This document shows positions 40,179-47,605 of a DNA stretch of 64,000 nucleotides, piece by piece. The notes beneath the pieces are model-generated. The model was not told where the DNA came from. It ran no database searches and saw only the letters and a program-made list of their open reading frames with translations. The first letter of the stretch is position 1, and every line of letters starts with the position of its first letter. Source of the stretch: Gammaproteobacteria bacterium (GTDB lineage Bacteria > Pseudomonadota > Gammaproteobacteria > JAGOUN01); contig JBKAGM010000004.1 in assembly GCA_046290385.1 (NCBI GenBank), positions 9,010 to 73,009 on the forward strand, read 5' to 3'. Position numbers and translations under genes: made by a program.

Positions 40179-41194
40179 GTAAGAAAAAACGTTTTGGAAT
40201 TTCCCAAGCAATGGGACGAGGGCTGACGGATACCGTTAATCTGGTTGAACGTAATCCTGGAAAATTTAGAAGCGGCATGATTCCGATGTCGCGCATTGAG
40301 ACAGATCCTGACAACCCAAGGCAACTATCATTAAATATTCATGATATTCAGCAGGGCCTTAATAAAAATGATCCGGATTATGAGCGCAAACGAACAGAAT
40401 TTGAAATGTTAGAGGAGCTTGCCGAGACCATTAGAAAAAGTGGCATCATTAATCCTATTGTTGTATATAAGCGCGATCAAAATTATCGAATTGTTGCTGG
40501 TGAAAGGCGTTTCTTAGCTTCAATGATTGCCGGAAAAACAGAGATTGATGCCAGAATTTATAATGAAAAACCAATTGGATTAGACTTAAAGTTAGTGCAA
40601 TGGTATGAAAATACTGCAAGGGCAGACTTGTCATTACATGAGCGTGTGCAGAATGTAGAGGAGCTTATCAAGGCCTATGTTAAACGTTTTTCAGATCAAT
40701 CTATTAATGACGCGAAAGATTTAAAAGAACTCGTTGGGCTTTCACTAAACCAAGCACGCTATTACCTTAACGTCATAAAAGCTCCAGAAGATGTAAAGAA
40801 CGCAATCGCGAATGGACAAATCAATAGCCTGGACAAGGCGGCTGCCATAGCGAATGTGGGATCAAATGATATTCGCACGAAAGCATTATTCGCTTGTCTC
40901 AATGGTGCTTCTTTGAAAGACATTCGGGCAGTTATTGCTAGAGAGAAGGAAAATCAATCAAGTTTAGCCACATCGCTCAAGTCTGAGTCTCGTGGACGAG
41001 CACCCCAATATATTCAGTTGGGAAAAACGAAACACTTCGCGGTAGTGAGGGAGATTATTGAGGCAGTTTTGCGCGATGCAAAATATTCACATCATTCTAA
41101 GGCTTTTGCCAATGCTGAATGGGATGATTATGCTAATGTCAGCACGACATTCAAAGAATTTCTTAAGATAGTAGAATTAGAGACAATGGAGTAA
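40175..41194 (+). CDS. parB: ParB/RepB/Spo0J-family partition protein (plasmid type)
   Basis: ParB N-domain PIVVYKRDQNYRIVAGERRFLAS; the start overlaps the parA stop by 4 nt. Confidence 0.8.
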   Translation: MSKKKRFGISQAMGRGLTDTVNLVERNPGKFRSGMIPMSRIETDPDNPRQLSLNIHDIQQGLNKNDPDYERKRTEFEMLEELAETIRKSGIINPIVVYKRDQNYRIVAGERRFLASMIAGKTEIDARIYNEKPIGLDLKLVQWYENTARADLSLHERVQNVEELIKAYVKRFSDQSINDAKDLKELVGLSLNQARYYLNVIKAPEDVKNAIANGQINSLDKAAAIANVGSNDIRTKALFACLNGASLKDIRAVIAREKENQSSLATSLKSESRGRAPQYIQLGKTKHFAVVREIIEAVLRDAKYSHHSKAFANAEWDDYANVSTTFKEFLKIVELETME

Positions 41195-41197
41195 ATA

Positions 41198-41551
41198 ATG
41201 ACTAAACAACATACCACCACAGTAAAGCTCCCTAAATCACTTCATCAGAAAATGATGGAGCAAGTGATATGTGACGGCTATGGTATGCGTGGCAAAAGTA
41301 AATGGATGGGTGAAGCCATCGAAGATTTTTTGTCTTTAAGTAATTTCCCTGAGCTAGTGGATATCGCTGATGATCTTGAAAACCTTAGTGAAATTGTGAG
41401 TTTGCGGTTGTCAGATCCTCTGGCTCGAGATTTGGACCAAGCCGTTGTTCGAGTGCGAGCAGAATATCCTGTTTTAGAGGGTGTAAAAAGCAACATTATT
41501 CGAGCAAGCATTCTCCAACGTTTAATACACCCATCTTCCACTATTTCATAG
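41198..41551 (+). CDS. hypothetical protein downstream of parB
   Basis: 117 aa ORF 4 nt after the parB stop. No recognisable motif. Confidence 0.35.
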   Translation: MTKQHTTTVKLPKSLHQKMMEQVICDGYGMRGKSKWMGEAIEDFLSLSNFPELVDIADDLENLSEIVSLRLSDPLARDLDQAVVRVRAEYPVLEGVKSNIIRASILQRLIHPSSTIS

Positions 41552-41704
41552 TCCCGACACGGGCACCGTGCACATCAGTAACGGCATGAAAATTATAGAA
41601 ATTTTTTAAAATTAATTATATTTTTTAAACAGATTTTCTTGTCGCTTGTAATGGATATAGTTTAAGTTTTATGTGACATTTATGGGAGTCACAAGATGCT
41701 TTAA

Positions 41705-41720
41705 TGTTCTACGTGGAACA
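41705..41720. promoter_or_regulatory. parS-like palindrome
   Basis: tgttctacgtggaaca matches 13 of 16 positions of the chromosomal parS consensus TGTTTCACGTGAAACA, and sits directly at the stop codon of the Spo0J-type parB. Confidence 0.4.
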
Positions 41721-42524
41721 TTATTTTCCTTTATCTTCGACATTGGCCGTGAAACCCATTTTAGAGAATACGCCATCAAGGATGTCGATATTGTGAAAGT
41801 GGATTTTAATCATACCATCGCCCTCATCGAATTCGATATCCGTTTTACAACCTATATGATCAGAAAAAGCTTTTTCCAAGTTTTTAATATCAGGGTCTTT
41901 TTTGGTGATTAGTTTTTGTTTTGCAGTTTGTATTTTCTTTATTTCTTGTTCGATTTTACGAACACTCCATCCTCGGGCAATGGCTCGTTTTGCTAAGTCT
42001 ATCTGTTGTTTATGTGCGAGCACGGCGAGTACTTTGCCGTGACCTTCGCTTAGTCGGCCCTCAATAATGAGCTCTTGTACGGAATTATCGAGTTTTAAGA
42101 GTCTTAATGAGTTGGTAATTTTAACGCGTGATTTACCTACGGCTGCAGCGACCTCGTCATGGGAGTAATCGAATTCATTGATTAATCGCTGATATGCATT
42201 GGCCACTTCAATAGGGTTTAAATCCACTCGATTGATATTCTCAATCATGGCCGCCTCAGCCGCTTGTTCATCACTATAGTGTTTAATAATGCAGTTAATA
42301 GTATCTATGCCAGCTCGTTGAGAGGCACGCCAGCGTCGCTCACCAGCAATAATTTCATAATGACCGCCCTTTATAGGTCTGACGACGATAGGTTGTAATA
42401 AACCTGCTGATTTAATAGAGGCCGCTAGCTCTTCTAGAGCTTCTTGATCAAATTCGTAACGTGGTTGATAACGGCCACGTTGAATTTGATCAATAGGGAT
42501 TTGACGTAAGTCTAGTTTTGTCAT
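41721..42524 (-). CDS. parB: chromosomal-type ParB/Spo0J partition protein (orphan, no adjacent soj)
   Basis: Canonical Spo0J motifs: GERRWRASQ, IENINRVDLNPIEVA, a SLRLLKL HTH, and LSEGHGKVL. Confidence 0.85.
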   Translation of the reverse strand: MTKLDLRQIPIDQIQRGRYQPRYEFDQEALEELAASIKSAGLLQPIVVRPIKGGHYEIIAGERRWRASQRAGIDTINCIIKHYSDEQAAEAAMIENINRVDLNPIEVANAYQRLINEFDYSHDEVAAAVGKSRVKITNSLRLLKLDNSVQELIIEGRLSEGHGKVLAVLAHKQQIDLAKRAIARGWSVRKIEQEIKKIQTAKQKLITKKDPDIKNLEKAFSDHIGCKTDIEFDEGDGMIKIHFHNIDILDGVFSKMGFTANVEDKGK

Positions 42525-42530
42525 GCTTGT

Positions 42531-43256
42531 TTATTCATCTGAAGTTGCAGGTGTCACTTTACCACGGCCATGAATAGTTTGTGAAATGTGTGGATGGCCA
42601 GCATAGCGGACGGAACCGTTACCATTTATAGTTACATTTAGTGTTTTTTTCGCATCGATATAAACATCACCATTACCGTTAATTTCGACGCGCGCGTTTT
42701 TTATAACCATATTCATAGCATTGATGCCACCTTTGCCTTTAAGTACGAATAGCGATTGATTTGCTGAACCAGTCAGTTGGCAAGAGCCTTTTCCATTGAT
42801 TTCAACGGTTAACTCTTTTATGTGCCCTTTGACATAGCAGCTGCCCGTACCGTAATGTGCAACCCGCAGTTTATTTGCTCGAATGCTGTGAATATCAACG
42901 CTGCCTTTCCCGCGGTAATTTACATCGTCGATATTCCTATGATTGATATCAATATGCATAGGTTGAGAGGGTTTTAACGTTGTTTTGTGGCGATTGCGAA
43001 TAAATAACGTATCGTGTTTTACTGTGGTATGTATGAATGGAAATAGGTTGTTATCTGCCTCAAGCTTGATTTTATCGGAATTATCATTTGCATAAATGTT
43101 AACTCTATAAAGGCCGCTGATATTTAACTTTGTGTATTGATCTTTTAATGTTCGCTTTTCTGTGGATATTCTCTCGTTACCTGATACTACTTTTTGATCA
43201 CATCCTGAAAGAAAAATGCTGAAAATAATCAGCGTTCCAATAATTGAATTGCGCAT
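42531..43256 (-). CDS. DUF2807/GIN-domain lipoprotein (putative adhesin head-like beta-helix)
   Basis: Lipobox LSGC; repeated I-x-G-x-G-x-V/C beta-helix units (INGKGSC, INGNGDV, INGNGSV). Confidence 0.55.
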   Translation of the reverse strand: MRNSIIGTLIIFSIFLSGCDQKVVSGNERISTEKRTLKDQYTKLNISGLYRVNIYANDNSDKIKLEADNNLFPFIHTTVKHDTLFIRNRHKTTLKPSQPMHIDINHRNIDDVNYRGKGSVDIHSIRANKLRVAHYGTGSCYVKGHIKELTVEINGKGSCQLTGSANQSLFVLKGKGGINAMNMVIKNARVEINGNGDVYIDAKKTLNVTINGNGSVRYAGHPHISQTIHGRGKVTPATSDE

Positions 43257-43301
43257 GTTGTTCTCCTTGAGGCAATAGGTTTATTATAGGTTTAGACTTA
43301 A

Positions 43302-43973
43302 TTGAAAGCAAAAATCATGTCAACAATACTTATTCTGGATTTTGATAGCACTTTTGTGCAAGTGGAAACGTTAGATGTTCTCGCAGAATTATCTAAAGAT
43401 GGGCGCACAGCAAAGAAAATCGCATCATTGACTAATGCTGCTATGCAAGGAGAGATATCTTTCCATGAAGCATTGTTAGCGCGGTTGACCTGTCTTTCCT
43501 TAACGCGCCAAACTATCGTGGAGGCGACTAAAGCGCTACAGTCAAAAATTACTCAGTCGTTTGAGCGTCAAAAAGCTTATATACAAAAATGCGCGAGTAG
43601 TACTTATATTATTTCCGGTGGGTTTAAAGAAATAATATTACCCATCGTTAAGCCTTTTAACATTTTTCCTGAAAATGTGTTTGCTAATACCTTATTGTAT
43701 GAAGGCGATAAAGTATGTGGCTTGGATTTAGAAAATCCTCTTGCGCATGATCATGGAAAAGTAAAGTTAGTTAAATCATTGTCATTATCCCAGCCAGTTC
43801 ATTTGATTGGAGATGGTTATACGGATTATGAGCTTAAAGCCCAAGGGCTAGTTGCAACTTTTTTTGTATTAACTGAAAATGTTAGAAGGCAAGCGGTTAT
43901 TGCTAAGGCAGATCGAGTGATTAACACCTTCGAAGAATATATTGAGATTACACATGAAAACTTCATATCCTAA
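43302..43973 (+). CDS. serB: phosphoserine phosphatase (HAD family, short form)
   Basis: DFDSTFV motif I (DxDST) and GDGYTDYE motif III, in a SerB-like arrangement. Overlaps the serA start. Confidence 0.7.
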   Translation: MKAKIMSTILILDFDSTFVQVETLDVLAELSKDGRTAKKIASLTNAAMQGEISFHEALLARLTCLSLTRQTIVEATKALQSKITQSFERQKAYIQKCASSTYIISGGFKEIILPIVKPFNIFPENVFANTLLYEGDKVCGLDLENPLAHDHGKVKLVKSLSLSQPVHLIGDGYTDYELKAQGLVATFFVLTENVRRQAVIAKADRVINTFEEYIEITHENFIS

Positions 43974-45177
43974 AAGCAAAATTAATGTATTATTGCTTGA
44001 AAATATTCACGACGAAGCGGTTAGTCAATTCAAATCTGAAAAATATAATGTCATACATTTGAGTCATAGCCTTTCTGAAGATGAGTTATGCGAAAAAATT
44101 AAAGATATACATATTCTAGGTATACGATCTAAAACGACTATTTCTGAAAAAATACTAAGATCAGCAAATCACTTGTGGGCGATCGGCGCATTTTGTGTTG
44201 GGACAAAACAAATCGATTTAATGAGCTGTTCTGATCATGGAGTGATTGTTTTTAATGCCCCATATAGTAATACACGCAGTGTTGTTGAGTTAGCAATTTC
44301 CGAAATTATATTTTTGATGCGACAAATTTTTCCAAGAAGTATGGAAATGCATCAAGGGCAATGGCGTAAAGTGGCTAGTCGAAGTTTTGAAGTTAGAGGA
44401 AAAAAGTTAGGAATTGTTGGGTATGGCAATATTGGCTCTCAACTTTCTGTCCTGGCTGAAAATTTAGGTATGGAAGTATATTATTACGATCCTGTTGAAA
44501 AACTTGCATTAGGTAATGCTAAAAAATGTAGTGCCTTAAAAGAATTGCTCAAAACGGTTGATGTGGTGAGTTTGCATGTAGATGATAATCCTTCAAATCA
44601 CGAATTAATGGGAAAGCGAGAGTTTGCTCATATGAATCAGGGCAGTTATTTTATGAATTTAAGCAGGGGCTTTGTTGTTGATGTTAATGCATTGGCAGAC
44701 GCACTGCAGTCTGGGCATCTTGCTGGCGCTGCTATCGACGTTTTTCCAGAGGAGCCTAAAGCAAACACGGATGAGTTTGATACAATACTACAAAATATAC
44801 CTAATGTGATTTTGACACCCCATGTAGGTGGTAGTACCGAAGAGGCGCAATGCAATATTGCTAAATTTGTTCCTTCCAATATTATTCATTACATTAATAT
44901 GGGTGATTCTTTTATGAGTGTGAATTTCCCCCAAATACAACTATCAAGTTTTGAGAATAGCCATCGTTTAATCCATATTCACAAAAATGCACCGGGCGTG
45001 TTAGCAAACATTAATAAATTATTTGCTAAGCATCACATTAATATTTTGGGACAGTATTTGAAAACAAATGAACGTATTGGTTATGTAATTACAGATGTAG
45101 ATAAACATTATGATGAGGGTTTGATTGCTGAGCTACGCGAAGTGCCCTACACGTTAAAATTTAGAGTTCTCTACTAA
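43942..45177 (+). CDS. serA: D-3-phosphoglycerate dehydrogenase with C-terminal ACT domain
   Basis: NAD-binding GIVGYGNIGSQ and a 2-hydroxyacid dehydrogenase catalytic region, followed by a C-terminal regulatory domain. The start is probably the Met at 43954. Confidence 0.85.
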   Translation: MRLHMKTSYPKSKINVLLLENIHDEAVSQFKSEKYNVIHLSHSLSEDELCEKIKDIHILGIRSKTTISEKILRSANHLWAIGAFCVGTKQIDLMSCSDHGVIVFNAPYSNTRSVVELAISEIIFLMRQIFPRSMEMHQGQWRKVASRSFEVRGKKLGIVGYGNIGSQLSVLAENLGMEVYYYDPVEKLALGNAKKCSALKELLKTVDVVSLHVDDNPSNHELMGKREFAHMNQGSYFMNLSRGFVVDVNALADALQSGHLAGAAIDVFPEEPKANTDEFDTILQNIPNVILTPHVGGSTEEAQCNIAKFVPSNIIHYINMGDSFMSVNFPQIQLSSFENSHRLIHIHKNAPGVLANINKLFAKHHINILGQYLKTNERIGYVITDVDKHYDEGLIAELREVPYTLKFRVLY

Positions 45178-45248
45178 TTTCAAAAAACCCTTGCATGTTA
45201 CCATTTTATACCCTATGATAAGAATATGGAGAACAAAAGGGGTCCAAA

Positions 45249-45836
45249 ATGTTAACAGAAAGCCAGTTTAAAACACTTCAGGTGATAAAACGGTTTGTCC
45301 TGGAACATGGATATGCGCCGACAATAGCTCAAATCACTTCAATATTGGGTTTAAAATCACGTAGTGCGATCCATCGTAACCTACATCGTATCGCAGAAGC
45401 TGGCCATATACGGCTTATCCCAAATAAACGACGTAATATAGAATTACTAGATGCAAATACAACATCACTGCCTTTATTGGGAAAAATTGCTGCAGGAAGA
45501 CCAATAGAAGCAGTAGAGGATCAGCGTGTATTAAACGTCGCAGATCGATTGCTTGGTGCAAATCGTTTTGTCTTAGAAGTTTGTGGCGACTCAATGATCG
45601 AAGATAATATTTGTGATGGCGATTATGTGATTTGCGAACAAGCAAACACTGCAGCGAATGGCGCTATCGTTGTCGCGCTTGTGGATAATCAGGAAGCGAC
45701 ATTAAAACGGTTCTACAATAATGCTGATGGTACGGTAACACTTATGCCAGCGAATGCATCGATGAAGCCAATGAAGTTTCCTGGAGATAACGTACAAATT
45801 CAAGGATTATTCGTAGGGCTATTAAGATTTCAATAA
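45249..45836 (+). CDS. lexA: LexA repressor
   Basis: N-terminal winged HTH; AG cleavage site in KIAAGRPI; catalytic Ser in GDSM and Lys in ATLKRF, collinear with E. coli LexA. Confidence 0.9.
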   Translation: MLTESQFKTLQVIKRFVLEHGYAPTIAQITSILGLKSRSAIHRNLHRIAEAGHIRLIPNKRRNIELLDANTTSLPLLGKIAAGRPIEAVEDQRVLNVADRLLGANRFVLEVCGDSMIEDNICDGDYVICEQANTAANGAIVVALVDNQEATLKRFYNNADGTVTLMPANASMKPMKFPGDNVQIQGLFVGLLRFQ

Positions 45837-45872
45837 AGTAATAAATGAATGATAAGTGACAAGGAGCACCTC

Positions 45873-46058
45873 ATGAAACATGTAAAACAGTCTATAACAC
45901 AAGTCGTCGAAAAGTTAAAATCATCGAGAGATCATATCTCTCCTGCTGAGCGATTAAATTTATTTAGAGGAAATTCACCACGTCAAACGCCTTCTGTTTT
46001 TTTAAAAACGATGTGTTTGAGTTCTCAAACAGGTCGAGGATTTTATCGTTCGCTGTAA
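45873..46058 (+). CDS. small hypothetical ORF downstream of lexA
   Basis: 61 aa from the MKHVKQ start. No homolog recognisable. Confidence 0.2.
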   Translation: MKHVKQSITQVVEKLKSSRDHISPAERLNLFRGNSPRQTPSVFLKTMCLSSQTGRGFYRSL

Positions 46059-46323
46059 TATCCTTTCATATTTTATAAAAATACTATAAGAAGGAATTAC
46101 TCAACGGAGCAAGGGTTTCTACTAATAAAAATTAAAAATTATGAGCTCTTTTCCAAAAAAGCTTGCTAAATCAAAAGAAAATTAAAGAAATCTGTTATTT
46201 TTTTTAATTTTTTGGCCAAAATATTTGATTAATGAATAAAAAGTATATTAATATTCATAATTGACTACTAGTATTTTTTATTAGTAGTTATTTTTATTTT
46301 TGTTAGGTTACAAGGAGAGAATC

Positions 46324-46683
46324 ATGCCAGCAAAAAAACGAGCTACAAAACGCAAAACAACGACAAAGCGTAAAACGACACGTACATTGTCTGCTAAGCA
46401 GCTTAGTACACGTTTGAAAGCTTTGGACAAAAAACTGAAGAAAGTAGAAGCAGACGCAAAGAAAAAAGTTGCGAAAGCAAAAGCAGAGCATAAGAAAAAA
46501 GTTGCTCAGCTTAAAAAGCTTGCAGCAGCTTCTGCTAAGAAAAGTACTGCGAAAAAGCGTACAACAGCTAAAAAACGTACGCCAGCTAAAAAACGCACAA
46601 CGACTAAAAAACGTGCGCCAGCTAAAAAGCGTACAACAGTTAAAAAGCGTACTACGAAACGTAGAACAGCTAAAAAAAAGTAA
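46324..46683 (+). CDS. histone H1-like / Hc1-Hq1-like lysine-rich nucleoid protein
   Basis: MPAKKRATKRKTT... with about 35% Lys/Arg. The C-terminal half is tandem (A/T)KKRTT hexapeptide repeats. A GGAGA RBS lies 8 nt upstream. Confidence 0.75.
   Translation: MPAKKRATKRKTTTKRKTTRTLSAKQLSTRLKALDKKLKKVEADAKKKVAKAKAEHKKKVAQLKKLAAASAKKSTAKKRTTAKKRTPAKKRTTTKKRAPAKKRTTVKKRTTKRRTAKKK
46546..46680 (+). repeat. tandem 18-nt (hexapeptide AKKRTT) repeats inside histone-like gene
   Basis: aaaaaacgtac[a/g]...gctaaaaaacg units recur about 7 times. This region also generates the spurious alternate-frame ORFs on both strands. Confidence 0.6.
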
Positions 46684-46691
46684 GCCTCAAA

Positions 46692-46745
46692 AGGGCGTAA
46701 CGCGTTACCCCGCAGAATGGTTTTTCTCCACTGCGGGGAGTTTTT
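46692..46745 (+). terminator. rho-independent terminator after histone-like gene
   Basis: Palindrome gtaacgcgttac followed by stem ccccgcag...ctgcgggg and then agTTTTT. Confidence 0.7.
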
Positions 46746-46755
46746 AAGGCACACC

Positions 46756-47547
46756 ATGAAACGCATAACTCTTACTCTTCTTATATTATTTTTATTACCC
46801 GCTTATAGTTTTGCAATTGAAGATGACACTTCAAAAGCACAGAAGTTGGTCCAAACTATTACCAAAGATCAGTTATCTATCGTCAAAGAATTTCCAGGGC
46901 CTGATAATTTGCAAGGTTTTGTCTTAAAGCCAAAAGTAGGTACGCCGATTATTATGTTTGCAGATAAAGAAGGTAAATATGCCATTTTTGGCAATGTATT
47001 TAATCCTAATGGTAATAGCATTACTTCACAGGCGCATGATAAATATGTGCAGCCACTTATTGCAAAAACAATATTTAATAATTTACCCAAGACCACTCAG
47101 TTTTTACAAGGTAACAACGATGCGAAATATAAAATGGTAGTTGTTGCTGATCCAAATTGTATTGCGTGTCATATGCTTTATGATGCCATGCAGACCCATA
47201 TTCAAAAAGGTGAGCTCCAAGTCAAATGGGTATTGGTTGATTATGTTAAACCTTCAAGTCCTGGAAAAGCTGCAGCAATTTTAACAGCAAAAGATCCAGC
47301 TAAGGCTATGGCAGATAATGAGGCGGGTTATCAGGCAAAAACAGAAGAAGGTGGAATTAAACCATTAAATCCAATTCCTGAAGAGATCAAAAAACAATTA
47401 AAAGCGAATATGCAATTTTTCTCAGAGAGTGGATTAAATGCAACTCCTACAATTATTTATAAAGATCAGAATGGACAGTATCAGTTTATCTCAGGTGTGC
47501 CACGAGATGTGAGTGTGTTTTTGCAGAAGGTGCGGCCAAATATTTAG
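46756..47547 (+). CDS. periplasmic thiol:disulfide interchange protein, DsbC/DsbG-like
   Basis: Signal peptide, N-terminal dimerisation region, and a thioredoxin fold with CIAC active site (ADPNCIACH). Confidence 0.65.
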   Translation: MKRITLTLLILFLLPAYSFAIEDDTSKAQKLVQTITKDQLSIVKEFPGPDNLQGFVLKPKVGTPIIMFADKEGKYAIFGNVFNPNGNSITSQAHDKYVQPLIAKTIFNNLPKTTQFLQGNNDAKYKMVVVADPNCIACHMLYDAMQTHIQKGELQVKWVLVDYVKPSSPGKAAAILTAKDPAKAMADNEAGYQAKTEEGGIKPLNPIPEEIKKQLKANMQFFSESGLNATPTIIYKDQNGQYQFISGVPRDVSVFLQKVRPNI

Positions 47548-47605
47548 ATAAACTACCGGTTGTATCTCACCATTATTGCCAATCGCTTTATATGTAAACA
47601 TTCAA

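Noticed and set aside
46469-46766. Alternate-frame ORFs 46469..46747 (+) and 46506..46766 (-)
   Set aside because: They are produced by the low-complexity AKKRTT tandem repeats of the histone-like gene. They overlap a well-supported CDS and a terminator.
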